Assembly (NCBI RefSeq): GCF_004010195.1
Contig: NC_057718.1
Span: 40,192,101-40,256,100 of the forward strand
Source of the DNA: Chiloscyllium plagiosum
Taxonomy: Eukaryota
Length of the DNA stretch: 64,000 nt
Direction: 5' to 3'
The notes beneath the pieces were generated by a model. The model saw only the letters and a list, made by a program, of their open reading frames with translations, was not told where the DNA came from and made no database searches. Shown piece by piece: positions 50,966 to 64,000 of the stretch. Within the stretch, counting starts at the first letter, position 1, and every line of letters starts with the position of its first letter. A program made the position numbers and the translations under genes.

Positions 50966-51319
50966 AAAAGCAAATTACTGCGGATGCTGGAATCTGAAAC
51001 CAAAAGAGAAAATGCTGGAAACTCTCAGCAGTTCTGGCAGCATCTGTAAGGAGAAAAAAGAGCTGATGTTTCGAGTCTAACTGACCCTTTGTCAAAGCTG
51101 CATTTTCTCTTTTGGTTTCAGATTCCAGCATCCGCAGTTTTTATCCAGTGTTTAACCCACTGCCACCTCTCTTGCAGGAATACCTACCCTGAAGAATTAC
51201 TGCTCTTCTCTCCGACAGAGCTTTGACAAAGGGTCAGTTAGACTCGAAACGTCAGGTCTTTTCTCTCCTTACAGATGCTGCCAGACCTGCTGAGATTTTC
51301 CAGCATTTTCTCTTTTGGT
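50966..51319. mobile_element. Rearranged fold-back Penelope-like remnant with two variant hammerhead motifs
   Basis: Perfect 13-bp TSD ATTGGATTGATTT (50953-50965, 51320-51332); inverted copies of the ...GATGCTGCCAGACCTGCTGAG...TCCAGCA tail. Confidence 0.82.
51217..51259 (+). ncRNA. Hammerhead motif with U3-A8 variant core, sense to BPNT1 pre-mRNA
   Basis: AGAGCT-TTGACAA-A-GGGTC-AGTTA-GACTC-GAAAC-GTC-AGGTCT; second copy on the minus strand at 51059-51099. Confidence 0.7.
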
Positions 51320-52584
51320 ATTGGATTGATTTTCTTGACACTTTATTTTTTATTTCTTTGTGTATATGTAGCAGCCAAGGCTGTTTCAAGCATGTTGCAC
51401 TTGACACTTTGGAAAATTGTTTTCCACGTGAATGAATTTGAGAGTATTTTTAAAAATCTTATTTTTCTTTTGTTCCAGTGGTTGCAGCTTTTCTTGTGGA
51501 ATAAAGTTTTTTTGGGGTTGAAAATGCATCCTATAATGCATGACACCAAGTTTGCAGTATGGCTAATTGGTCAATTCTATGTCTGGCTTTCATTTCTTTG
51601 TATATCATTTCTCATGAGAGATTTACAAATGTTTTCTGCTGGTCATCTGGCAAGTTTTGAAAATTCAGTTACCAAATGGTTATCTGTAAGATTCTTGCTA
51701 GAGAGAGACTGACTTCAAATCTTGCTCCATAGAGTCACATTGAGGCCATAGCTTATAATAACATCAAAATAGTTTGCATGTGAAATATTAGTGGTAATTT
51801 AATTTGTTATCATTGAAAAGTGAGAAAAAAGTCCATGAGGGAAGTGTGTCCTCTAAATTTTTAAAATACTAATAATTGACCTCATTTGATGCTGCAAACA
51901 TAAGTGTATTTTTTTCTATTCAGCCTGTTAAGGGTTGCAATCACATTGCTCTAGAGCAAGTGGGACTTTAACCCAGGTCTCTTAATCCAGAGGTAGGAAC
52001 ATAACCATTGTACCACAAGAGTCCTATATATATTGGAATAATTTGGAGCACCTATTGAGAAATCTTCCCTTTGTTCCACATCATCTGTTTTCTCTCAACA
52101 TAAATGTCGTCCTTCGTGTTTTTGCATAATTTTTGTAAATTTTCTTTGCACCCTTTCCAAGGCTTTGATGTACCTCTGAGTCCTTGTCACTTCTCTAACT
52201 GAGATCTCACAAATAATTTATAAAGGTTTTGCCAGAGTAAGTAAGAAGAAACTGTGTCAACGAGCAGGCAGCTAAATCATAGATTTAAACTAAATGGCAG
52301 AAGAACCAGAGGGGAGCTGGAACAAAATTTTAAAGGAGCGAGTTGTTATAATTAGGAATACTGCCTTAATAGAAATTGGATATATATTTAATTAGGAAAA
52401 TGCAGGGCAATGGGGAAAGAATTGCTGGGGAGAGGAGAAATGAGTTTTGAAAATTTAGCTAATTCAGTTTAATTTCTTTGGTTCAAGTTAGTAACCCGTA
52501 CACATACTGCCCTGTCCCAATAACATGGCGTAGATTGTGAACTTGTATAGGGACTAGCTGTCATGGAACATATTACAAGTAAGT

Positions 52585-52684
52585 AATACAGAAAATGCTG
52601 GAGAAACTCAGCAAGTCAGGCAGCATCTGTGAAAAGAGAAACAAAATTAATATTTCGCATCCAGTCTGACTGTTCTTCAGAACT
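52585..52684 (-). mobile_element. Old Penelope-like terminal remnant about 50 nt upstream of BPNT1 exon 2
   Basis: Minus strand AGTT-CTGAAGA...GAAATATT-AATT plus the shared tail. Confidence 0.6.
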
Positions 52685-52731
52685 CTAGAGACATTTGTTT
52701 ACATTTCAATTTTTTCATATTTCTAACATAG

Positions 52732-52836
52732 ACTGGAGCCAATGATCTACAAACAAAAGCTGATCGATTGGTGCAGATAAGCATCTGTTCATCATTGGCC
52801 CGTAAATTCCCCAAACTAACTATAATTGGAGAGGAG
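52732..52836 (+). CDS. BPNT1: BPNT1 coding exon 2
   Basis: [35 protein letters not shown]|gtaagg; 105 nt. Confidence 0.97.
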
Positions 52837-52983
52837 GTAAGGAATTACAATATCAATAAATGTTTAATTCAATATTTTGTTCTATAGATTTTCTTTTAGT
52901 GTAGTTTCTTGTCGCAAATTTTAGATTGTTTTGATAAGAAAAGATGGCATATTATTTGCCTTTCTTGAGTAACTTTTTTTTAT

Positions 52984-53290
52984 AGATAGATTCCCTACAG
53001 ACTGGAAACATGCCCTTCGGCCCAACAAGTCCACACCAACCTTTTGAAGAGCAACCCACTCAGACCCATTCCCCTACATTTACCCCTGACTAATGCACCT
53101 AACACCACGGGCAATTTAGCAGGGCCAATTCACCTAACCTGCACATCTTTGGACTGTGGGAGGAAACCGGACCACTCAGAGGAAACCTACGCAGACACGT
53201 GGAGAACGTGCAAACTCCACACAGACAGTTGCCCGAGGCGGGAATAGAACCCGGGTCCCTAGCACTGAGGGAACAGTGCTAACCACTGAG
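52984..53290 (-). mobile_element. HE1-like SINE
   Basis: High similarity to 3164-3490. Confidence 0.85.
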
Positions 53291-53409
53291 TCTTGAGAGG
53301 TTAAGTAGATATTGTTGACCTTTTACTTGTTTCCATCCCAACTCCCTTGCACATCCATTCCAGTGAAAGATATATTCATACAAGATCAATGGAAGAACGT
53401 ATGTAGTGA

Positions 53410-56060
53410 GGAAATAAGAGAATGAGTAGGTCATGTCACTCCTCAAGAGGTTGCTGCCAAAATACCACCAACACATTTCTAGCCCCACCAGAGAATCAAA
53501 CATTCTGGATCATTGCCATGCAACCTTCAAAGACACCTGCTGCTTTTATCCCCTGCCCACACTTCAGAAAATCAGAACACAGTGCTGTGTTCATACTCCA
53601 GCTTACAAGCAGAAGCTGAAACGGGAGGACCCTTCACAAAAGGAATTCTCGTCCGAAGCAGTGGAAGACTGTTTCTGGGATTGCTTGACATTGGGAGAAT
53701 GGACTGTGTTCAAGTACTCAGCAGAAAACTAAGATGAGTACGCCAACATCATCACAGACATCATTAGCACATGCATGGAAGACTGCATACATTGGACTTC
53801 AGTAAGGCGTCCAACAAGATTCCCCATGGGAGACTGGTTAGCAAGGTTAGATCTCATGGAATACAGGGAGAACTAGCCACTTGGATACAGAACTGGCTTG
53901 AAGGTAGAAGACAGAGGATGGTGCTGTTTTTCAGGTTGAAGGTCTGTGACCAGTGGAGTGTTACAAGGATTGGTGCTTGGTCCACTACTTTTCTTCATTT
54001 ATATAAATGATTTGGATGTGAGCATAAGAGGTATAGTTAGTAAGTTTCCAGATGACGCCAAAATTGGAGGTGTAGTGGACAGCAAAGAAGGTTACCTCTG
54101 ATTACAACAGGATCTTGATCAGATGGGCCATTGGGTTGAGGAGTGGCAGATGGTGTTTGCTTTAGATAAATGCGAGGTGCTGCATTTTGGGAAAGCAAAT
54201 CTTAGCAGGACTTATATACTTAATGGTAAGGTCCTAGGGAGTGTTGCTGAATAAAGAGACCTTAGAATACAGGTTCATAGCTCCTTATAAGTGGAGTCAC
54301 AGGTAGATAGGATATGAAGAAGGCATTTGGTATGCTTTCCTTTATTAGTTAGAGTATTGAGTACAGGAGTTGGGAGGTCATGTTGCGGCTGTACAGTTCT
54401 TTGTTTAGGCCACTTTTGGAATATTGTATGCAATTCTGGTCTCCTTCCTATTGGAAGGATGTTGTGAAAGTTGAAAGGGTTCAGAAAAGATTAACAAGGA
54501 TGTCACCAGGATTTGAGGATTTGAGCTGTAGGGAGAGGTTGAATAGGCTGGGGCTGTTTTCCCTGGAGTGTCTGAGGCTGAGCGGAGACCTTCCAGAGGT
54601 TTATAAAGTCATGAGGGGCATGGATAGGATAAATAAACAAGGTCTTTTCCTTGGGGAGGGGGAACTAGAGGGCATAGCTTTAGGGTGAGAGGGGAAAGAT
54701 TATAAAAGAGACCTAAGGGGCAATATTTTCACACAGAGGGTGGTACCTATATGGAATGAGCTACCAGAGAAAATGGTGGAGGCTAGTACAATTGTAACAT
54801 TTAAAAGGCATCTGGATGGGTATATGACTAAGGAATGGTTTGGAGGGATATGGGCTTGGTGCTGGCAGGTGGGACTCGATTGGGTTGGGATATTTGCATG
54901 GACGAGTTGGACCGAAGGGTTTGTTTCCGTGCTGTATATCTCTATAAGTCAATCTGAGTGTTCCTCAGCCATAAACATTGGATGAACCTGGAAATCAACT
55001 CCCTTCTGGAGGCTAGATCTGCAGCATTCAAGTCAGATGACCCAGATCAATACAAGAAATCCAGGTGTGATCTCCGCAAAACCATCAGGGATGCTCAGAG
55101 CCAGTTCCGGACTATGTTTGAGGCCTATATCTACCAAACAGACTCCTGTCACACCTATGGCAAGGCCTTAACAACATTATAGGATCCAAAACGAAGCAGA
55201 GCAAGATAGCAGATAAGACCCATCCCTCCCTGACGTGCTCAATGCTTTCTGTGCTCGGTTTGGGCAGAATGCCAGCGGTGTGGTGACGCCTGCCCCAACA
55301 GCCCTGTATATGCCTGTTCCCTCTGTCGCTGCTGTGGACATCAGATCGGTCTTCCTGGGGGTCAACCCAAGGAAAGTGACAGGCCCAGATGGTGTCCCAA
55401 GTTAAGCACTTGGATCCTGTACCGACCGACTGGTGGAGGTATTCACTGGCATCTTCAACCTATCCCTCCGACAAGCCGTTGTCCCAACCTGCTTTATGAA
55501 TATTACTGTCACCCCCATGCTTAAGAAAGCACATACAGTGTGCCTTCATGACTACTGCCCAGTGGTTCTGACCTCCATAATCACGAAGTGCTTTGAGAGG
55601 CTGGTAATGGCCCACATTGACTCGAGCCTCCCAGCCTGCCTTGATCCCCTACAAGTTGCTTACTGATGTAACAGGTTCACAGTGGATGCCATATCCCTAG
55701 CTCTGCACTGGAGCATTATCAAGGACACTTACATCGAACTCCTGCTAGTTGACTACAGCTTTGCCTTCACCACCATTATCACCTCCAGGCTGATCTCAAA
55801 ACTCGACCTTGGTCTCAGCTCTGCTCTCTGCAACTGGATCAACAGACTGGAATCAGTGAAGATAAGTAACCGCACCTCCTCCATGATAACACTCAACACT
55901 GGAGCACCACCCCTTGTATGCCTTGTGCAATGTTACCTGTATGCCTCTGTCTAAATCTTTTGTTCTGTACATCAATGCTTGCTATGATCGGCCTGTACTG
56001 CTCATAAACAAAGATTTTCACTGAATTTCGGTACAAATGACAATAAATAAATAAATCCAT
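53410..56060 (+). mobile_element. Degenerate Rex1/Babar-like LINE split by a CR1 insertion
   Basis: LPKYHQHISSPTRESNILDHC, VFTGIFNLSLRQAVVPTCF, DYCPVVLTSIITKCFERLV, LDPLQVAY, DAISLALH; AATAA-repeat tail. Confidence 0.7.
53789..54946 (+). mobile_element. CR1 RT C-terminal half and 3' UTR nested in the Rex1/Babar-like LINE
   Basis: DFSKASNKIPHGRL, LYSSLFRPLLEYCMQFWSP, WNELPEKMVEA. Confidence 0.88.
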
Positions 56061-56645
56061 CAATCATGTTTACTCAGTCATTCTATATGATCATGGTTGA
56101 TCTAATCTTGGCTTCAATTCCACTTTGTTTCCCATAGCACTTGAATAGCCTATCGTTCAAACAAAATATGTACCTCTGTCTTCAATATATTTAATTATCC
56201 AGCCTCCTCAACTTTCCAGAGGTAGATTCCATACTTTCTCAGAGGTAAAGAATACCTTCTCTGTTTTACATGACTGACTCTTTCTTTGAAGTGATGCAGT
56301 GTAGTTTTAGATACCCTTACAGAGGAAATATCCTTTCAGCAACTTATTTTTCAAGTCCTGTCAGAATTTTGTATGTTTTAGTGAGATCATCTCATTCTTC
56401 TGAACTCTAATGAGTTGAAATCCTGACTCCTCTTACAAGCAATCCTTTCATCCCGCAAAGCAAACTGATTTACAGTCTCTGAAAAGAACTCCAAACTTAA
56501 AGTATGCTCTCACTAACATTATGAATGGGTTTCTAAGCCCCTGGATCTTTGGTCCATTAACAGTGACACTGGTATCCATGCAAATGAATGATGGTGCAAA
56601 TTTCTTGAAGGGATATTTTTATTAATTCCATCATTTTTATTTTAG

Positions 56646-56753
56646 GAATTGCCATCCCAAGATGTAGATGAAGGTTTAATTGAAGCTGGTCAATCAGAAG
56701 AGGTGTTGAAGTATTCCTGTCCAGCTCAGTACAACCACATCAAGGAAGATGAG
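56646..56753 (+). CDS. BPNT1: BPNT1 coding exon 3
   Basis: ELPSQDVDEGLIEAGQSEEVLKYSCPAQYNHIKEDE|gtgaaa; 108 nt. Confidence 0.95.
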
Positions 56754-57985
56754 GTGAAATGTAACTAATTTAAGAAAATGTGAATGATATAGAAGAAGAA
56801 AAGTTAGTTTCTTGCCTTGGCTTAAGACTCTGTTTTAATTTCTGAATATTGTATGTAGATCAGGTTTTGAAAACTGGTACAGGGATTAAGTATTTATTGG
56901 AAGTGAAATCTTTGTATTCAGTTTGAAAGATTCCTGTAAAGGTGGCTGTGGAGTGACATTGACAGATTGCCTCAGCTCTGAGTGGCATTCTGATTGAAGA
57001 TCCAAGGCACGTGATTTCAAAGGAAGGGAAAAATGTGATCTCCCATGTCCTAAATAGAAAATTCCAATACTTGGATAATAATACTTGAATTTAAATTGCA
57101 ATCTCTGATTGTTTCACTCGTTCAATCTGCATGGATCAGATATAGCAGCCAATTGCATTGGGGACCCTGTTGCAATATCGCTGGATGTGTCCACACAGTT
57201 CAGGATATATTGTGGTGTTGAGAATCCGATAGATGAAGCAGTTGGAGTCTTCTGTCCTCTGATAGGAATTACAACACTGCACATGATTGTTTCTGTACTT
57301 CATGTATTCCAGTTCTTGTGGATGGACCCTGGATTTGTTCCACTGAGCAGAAGCTGAGGATGGCGCCTCTGTTTATATTGTGTTTACTTGTGCTGTCAGA
57401 TTTGCTCAAGGACAGTTAACCTACTCAATGTGCCAACTGCTGTACAGATTTAGTAATGTTGGCAAGGATATGGAAACATTTAATTTTACTGTCAATAAGT
57501 TGAAACAAGCTGAAGTGGTTTTGGAACATAAGTGAGTATAAATGGCATCAGTCACCCTACTCTGCTTGGATGGTGTTACCGACCCCAATAATTCCTCTGC
57601 TGGGGTCACTTCCATCAAATCTGGTGGTTGTCTGCCAGATTTTGTTTTTCTCTGTCCCTGGAATTCTCTGCTTTCTCTTGCAAAGGAGTGTGGAGTAGTG
57701 TTAGTAATAGCAAGTGAGGATGTGAACTTCTTTTGCTCATTGTGTCTTAGGTGAAAGTCAAAATTGGGCAGGCCTCAGATGAAGTGCCACACAATGAAAG
57801 TGGTTACAGTGTGATTGAGCACTATCTGTTGCAGAATAGAAATCAGGATTATCATGTGTATATTCCATATGTGCGTATAAATGGCACTGGAAAAATAGCA
57901 GAAATAACAGCTGTGTTGTTAGTTTGTGTATTTCTGTATCTAGAAGAATGCTTATCTAACAGAATAATTTGATATGCTTTCTCAG

Positions 57986-58034
57986 ATCGTGGTTTGGGTC
58001 GATCCACTTGATGGCACAAAGGAATACACCGAAG
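57986..58034 (+). CDS. BPNT1: BPNT1 coding exon 4 (metal-binding DPLDGT motif of the inositol monophosphatase family)
   Basis: IVVWVDPLDGTKEYTE+G|gtaagc; 49 nt. Confidence 0.97.
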
Positions 58035-58602
58035 GTAAGCATATGCTCATTTTAATATCATCTGGGTTCATCTTTTGTATTTTTCATGATGTTATCAAAC
58101 AGAAAGAGAAATGTAAAACCAAGGAAATTATTAGACTCTAAACCACTTGAAGTGGATAGACCTACATTAATGAACTCTTGGATGTTTTATCCAGACTACG
58201 CTCCACCTGAGGGAAAGTTTTGGCTTTTGGGTGCCATAAAATGTCGTCATGTTTCTTCTACCTCTTGTACAATATATGTTGACTGCAAATACTAAATATT
58301 CTATTTTTCAGTTTGGGGTAGAGAAAGGCCAGCAGCTTATCTATTAGAATATTTCTTTTCTTATATCATAATTAAATTAGTTAGTGTTTGCTTTCATGAT
58401 TAAGTCAGATTTGCTGAAACACACTTTGGGTTTGATTTTGTTTCAAGTTACCCCTTGAATTAACTTCTTAAAAAAATTTTATTTTGTTCCATGGTGAATA
58501 TTCCAAGAGCTCTTGGCTAACATGGACAGGTATCTCTTTCAATGAGCAGCTGAATTCACTTTTGATTTTAGGCTTAAACTAATTGAATGTTTTGATCTGC
58601 AG

Positions 58603-58694
58603 GCCTCTTGGATCATGTGACTGTGCTTATTGGAATTGCTTATGATGGTAAAGCAATAGCTGGTGTAATCAATCAGCCATATTACAATTATCAG
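58603..58694 (+). CDS. BPNT1: BPNT1 coding exon 5
   Basis: (G)[30 protein letters not shown]|gtatga; 92 nt, phase 1-0. Confidence 0.97.
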
Positions 58695-58740
58695 GTATGA
58701 TCTTTAAAAAGTGAACTTTTTTTTTCAAATCCAGCTGTTT

Positions 58741-59040
58741 TAGATTAGATTACTTACAGTATGGAAACAAGCCCTTCGGCCCAACAAGTCCACACCGACG
58801 CGCAACCCACCCAGACCCATTCCCCTACGTTTAACCCCTTCACCTAACACTATGGGCAATTTAGCACGGCCAACTCACCTAACCTGCACGTTTTTGGAAT
58901 GTGGGAGGAAACCAGAGCAAACCCACGCAGACACAGGGAGAATGTGCAAACTCTACACAGAGTCGCCTGAGGCGGGAACTGAACCTGGGTCTCTGGTGCT
59001 GTGAGGCAGCAGTGCTAACCACTGTGCCACTGTACCGCCC
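58741..59040 (-). mobile_element. HE1-like SINE
   Basis: High similarity to 3164-3490. Confidence 0.85.
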
Positions 59041-59890
59041 ACTATTTTTGAAGGCTCTTGCCGAGCAAACTGATCATCTCAATAATAGAGCAATGTGATT
59101 GAATGTTATTGAATGCAATTTGGTACTCTTCTTTTTCCATCATAGATAGTGACTTATCGGCATCAGTATCTACTAATGTGTTTGCCACCTTTTTTCACTC
59201 CTGCCATTCACAATCTTTTCACTTGAACGTAGCTGCTCATAAATTATTAAAGTTGCTGAGGCAATTTCATAACAAACTTATTTTGAAAGTTCATCGAGTT
59301 GAGTCATTAACTTTGATTCTCGCTGCATGGATGCTCACTGACCTGTTGTGTTTCCAGCGTCTTCTCTGTATGATTTGGAGCATTAGCTTAATTTTACAGC
59401 TGATTTATGCTCCTAGTCCCAGTTGTGCTGATGAATAGAGAGGAATAAAGAACCAGTGGTCCAAGTCTGATTTAAAGCATTTTTTTATCTGTTGGTGGAA
59501 GCCCAAGACCGATTTATTTTCAGATATTGATATAAAGAACTGACAAAACATCATCAAAAATTATGTTAAACCTTTGACAAGCCTAAAAGTGTGCTATTGT
59601 GTGTAACACACAAGCAGTGATTCATACTTTTGCTTCCTCAAGTCTGAAGAAATAAATTTTACATGGGTCTTTTTGAAGCAGTTTTTGTCCACTACAGCTT
59701 TCTTTTCAGCACATACTGGTTCAAGGAAAAACTGGAGAAAATTGCTTCTTGACTTACTTACATTCAGCATAGTAAATGATTAGAATGTGAAATGAGTGAA
59801 AATTAATTTCAGAAAGAAAATTATATGCCAGAAGAAAAATGCTAATTTTGTGTGTAATGTATTACTTTTGAAAGCATAATTTTCTTTCAG

Positions 59891-60088
59891 GCTGGAGCTG
59901 GTGCTGTTCTTGGTCGGACCATTTGGGGTGTTCTGAATCTTGGAGTGTTTGGAATTCAATTGAAGGAAGTGCCAGAAGGGAAACATATCATCATTACAAC
60001 TCGTTCCCACAGCAGTAGGCTGGTAAATGACTGCGTCTGTGCGATGAACGCTGATGAAGTAATAAGGGTTGGAGGAGCTGGTAACAAG
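59891..60088 (+). CDS. BPNT1: BPNT1 coding exon 6 (gene continues beyond the right edge)
   Basis: [21 protein letters not shown]...[10 protein letters not shown]...[10 protein letters not shown]|gtactt; 198 nt. Confidence 0.97.
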
Positions 60089-61069
60089 GTACTTATTGAA
60101 GCAACATAATATTTAAATAATTTTGAGAATGTCATTTTTAAGTTTTGTTACATAAATTTTACTTCATTTTAACCTTTCTTTGGGCCACAGCGATTAAAGC
60201 ACATGGTCAAAAATCTTGTTCAAAAGTGTAGCTTTCAAGTAGTATATTAAAGGTGGGGGAAAGAGAGGCAGCGATGTCTTTGGAGGAAACTCCAGATCTT
60301 GGGGATTTGGTTGCTGAAGGCATTGGAGTAATTAAAATTGGGAATGTTCAGGAGTCTAGCCTTAGAAGCTCAGAAATCTTGGAAAGTCATGGGTCTGGCC
60401 TTTGTGAAAATTGGAAACGAAAGATCAGAAATTTGAAATAGAGGCAATGTGTGACGAGGAGCTAGTGTAGGTCAATGAACATGAGGATGCTAGGTGAATG
60501 AGTAGCAGGATTGGATGATCTTAAGTTTGTGGAAAGGAGACAATGGCAGATTATCTGGCAGTTGATTAGAATACTCAAGTCCCGAGGTCATTAAATCCAT
60601 GGGTGAGGGTTTCAGCAGCAGATAAGCTGAAGTGGATCAGAGATGGGTGATATTATGAGAGTGGAAATTGGCAGTCCTAGTTATGGCATGGACTTGTGGT
60701 TGAAATATCATCTTGGAATATCAGCTATGCCACTGACATTATAAACAGATGTAAGACAGTTTCCAAGGAGTGGAAGTCGATGGCCTAACAGTTTGTGGCC
60801 TGTACTTTGTGACGTCTTACTTCCCCATGTTTGGATGGTGGATGTTCAGCTCAATACTGGATGACGGCCTGGCAATTTAGAAGCAGTGGAGAGGTCAGGT
60901 GACATAGAGCTGTCAGTATACATGTGGAAGATGATAGGTTTAGGCTTCTGTATTTGAATGGCAACATTTAGATGAGAAACAAATACGCAAAAGATTCTTG
61001 GGGGACATGAGAAGTAACAATTCTGGAGTGGGGAAGAGAAGTCATTGCAGGTGATTTTTCTAATTATAT

Positions 61070-63900
61070 GAAAACTTAAGAACAGGAGTAGGCTATTCAG
61101 CACATTGAGTATACTCAACCATTCAATAAGATCATGGCTGATCTGATTATGGCCATAGATCCACTTGATTCCCTTGCTGATCAGTAATTTGCCGAACGTA
61201 GCCTTGAATATATTCAATGACTCAATTTCCACTGATCTCTGAGATAGAGAATTTCATAGATGATTGATCCTCCTGATCACAGTTTTAAATAATGTCCTCT
61301 TATTTTTAAATTATGCCTCCTAGTTCAAGATTCTCTAGTTAAGGGAAGCATCCGCTCAACATCGATTCTGTCAAACCCCATCAGAATTTTGTATGTTTCA
61401 GTATGAACACCTTCATTACAAATAGAAATAGGCCATTTGGCCTCTTAGGCCTGCTTTGCCATTCACTAAGATCATGGCTGATTTGTTTATATTTTGAATT
61501 CCAAGTTGTCATCTATCGCCCATAATCTTTGATTTTCTTGTCTAGTAAGAATTTGTCTACCTTCAACTTAAAATATTCAGTAATTCCCAGTTCCACCATC
61601 TTACAAGGAGTTCCAGTGTTGCACTCCCTCTGTCCTAAAAGGGTAACCCCAGATTCTTAATCAGCCCCCTAGTTCTGAACTCAGCCACAAGAGGAGATAT
61701 CCCTTCTATGTCCATGTTGTCAACACAAGTAAAGATCTTACACACCAGTCAAGTTTCACCTCACCCTTCTATATGCAATGGAAATAAGCTCAGTCTGTCT
61801 GTTTCCTCATGACAAACCCTGTATTTCAGTTATCACTCCAGTTGAACTTCTCTGATGGGTTGCAACACATTTACAGCCTCCTTTTGTCATGACTCTGAGG
61901 TAGTGCATTGGAAAGCAAGCCTCACTATTTGTGGAATTGTCACAATGTGAAAATCTGATTCATCCATTGAATTGCTTAATTTTACATATCTGTCTAATTT
62001 AGATTATATTTCCTGCTTGCCAGTTTGTTGGAATCTTTCCAATATCCAGTGAATTTTGGAACATTATCAGCAACTACTAGTTGCTAACTAATTAGCCATC
62101 TCTTTTCGGACCCAAGGAGGAAGTCCATCAGGACCTGGGTACTTAGCCTGCAATTCAATTAGTTTGTTCATCACTGCTTTCACTGTGATTGTATTTTCAC
62201 TGAATTCCTGTCTCCAGTTATTACTGGAATGTTTTTGTATCCTCACTGGTGAAGAAGGCAAGATGCTTATAATTTTAGCCACCATTTCCATGTTATCTAC
62301 TACTGACATCCCATTCTTACTCTCAAACTTCTCTTGACTGACTTTCCTTTCCAATACCAGTAGAAATTCTGGCCATCTGTTTTTACATTTTCTAGCTAGC
62401 TTCCTCTCATTTTATAATTTTGTTTCTCCTGATCATTCTCTGCTATTCTTTCTCTGCTGACTAATTATCTGATCTGACCCTCATATTTGTGTAATCATAT
62501 GCTTTTCCTTTAGTTTGATGTTTTCATTTACACCTTTAATTATTTATAGATGATGGATCTTCTGCTTAGAGTTTCTCTTTATGGTAAGAATAATATACTT
62601 ATTCTGGGTTTCCAGAAATATCACTTTAAATGTCTGTCACAAATGATCTAACTTTTAACTTAGTATCTCAGTGTGCTCTTATTAATTCAGGGTTTCACAT
62701 CCATTATTACTTCAATTTATAATTCTAGTCTTAGACCCGCTCTTCTCCCTTCCAAACCGGGTATAAAATTCAATTATGTTTTGATCACTGCTGTCTAGGG
62801 CTGTCTACTCTGACATCATTACTCCTGTTACATTACACAGTGATAATTTCTTACAGCAGCATTTCTGAAACAATCTCGGAAATATTGGTTGAACTCCTCA
62901 AGCAGGCACCTATTTCAAATTTTGCCAGTTTATATGTAGATTACAATTTTTTGTGATTATTGTGTCTTTTTTTTAACACAAGTACTCAATATTTCTTATA
63001 GTATACTTTATCCCACATTGTCGCTACTGTTAGGGGCCTGTTGATCACTCCCACTAATGACAACTTTCCCCTACTAATTCTCATGTCCACAGAAACCAAT
63101 TCTACATCTTGATCTACTTGACCAAGGTGGTCTCTAACCATTGTGCCAGTGGCATCCTTGATTATCAATGCTATCCTTCTACTCTTACTGAGCTTCCTAT
63201 TTTTCTTCAGTGTCTATGATATGGAGGAGCTGGTGTTGGATTGGGATAGACAAAGTTAAAAATCTCACACCAGATTATAGACAAATAGGTTTATTTGAAA
63301 GCACAAGCTTTCGAAGTGCTGCTCTTTCATCAGTAGTTAGTGGGGCAGGATCATAGGACACAGAATTTATAGTAAAAGATCAAAATGTCATGCAACTGAT
63401 TGAACAAATCCAGATTGTTGTTAAATCAATCAAAATCTATATCCCCATTCTAAGTGATTAAAGACTTAACAGCAATCTAGGTTTGTTCAATACATCACAT
63501 CATTTGTATGACACTTTGATCTTTTACTATAAATTCTGTGTCCAATGATCCTGACCCACTAGCTACCAGATGAAGGAGCAGCGCTTGAAAGCTTATAATT
63601 TCAAATAAACCTGTTGGACTATAACCTGATGTTTGTGAGTTTTAACTTCTTCAATGTCATATGTCTCGTAATATTCAGGACCCAATCTATGTCATTTTGC
63701 AGCCCACCTATATCCCTGTAAAGAATGTCAAATGATAGTGCACATTGAAGTAAATAAATATCAATTCATTTAACTTAAGGATACTATGTGCATTCAGATA
63801 CAGAACCTTTAACCTTGTCTTCTCATTATCTTTGTTACATGTAATCTTGACTGCTAGTGTATTGTATTAATAATAGAGATTATTACTGTTGATGTTTCCT
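61070..63900 (-). mobile_element. Highly decayed CR1 fragments
   Basis: KYPGPDGLPPWVRKEMA, VGVINRP; CR1 3' hairpin tails at about 61075-61140 and 61425-61480. Confidence 0.6.
63215..63646. mobile_element. Fold-back Penelope-like remnant with two decayed hammerhead motifs (GAAAGCTT type)
   Basis: Long imperfect inverted arms (about 63253-63425 / 63465-63648); TSD TTCTTCA(G/A)TGTC (63203-63214, 63647-63658); CTGATGA...GAAAGCTT on the minus strand near 63302-63333. Confidence 0.75.
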
Positions 63901-64000
63901 CTTCAGCGTGTTGCTTAGCTGCTCATATTCCCTGAGTAGAACTTCTTTCTAAGTCCTATTTTATTGGTACTTGCATCGCCCATGACAACTGGATCCACCC

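Overview
Vertebrate genomic DNA, most likely from a shark (inferred from HE1-type SINEs and CR1/HER1-type LINEs). Two spliced genes lie head-to-head. IARS2 (mitochondrial Ile-tRNA synthetase) is on the minus strand, coding exons 1-12 from 45324 down to 24256, with the rest off the left edge. BPNT1 (3'(2'),5'-bisphosphate nucleotidase) is on the plus strand, six coding exons from 49595 to 60088, with the rest off the right edge. I spliced both genes by hand and the reading frame is preserved at every junction; IARS2 intron 8 needs a GC-AG donor. The >24 kb IARS2 intron 12 carries an antisense miR-194 / miR-192(215) cluster at 11.86-12.11 kb. Most of the remainder is transposon-derived: CR1, L1-like and Rex1/Babar-like LINEs, tRNA-SINEs, two solo LTRs and a TA-MITE. 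The most striking unexplained structure is a dense set of short, often fold-back, TSD-flanked Penelope-like (GIY-YIG) remnants. They belong to about five sequence families, each ending in a minimal type-I hammerhead-ribozyme motif with covarying stems and a palindromic stem III; one family carries a compensatory U3-A8 core. Gene and family names come from recall of known sequences, not from database searches.
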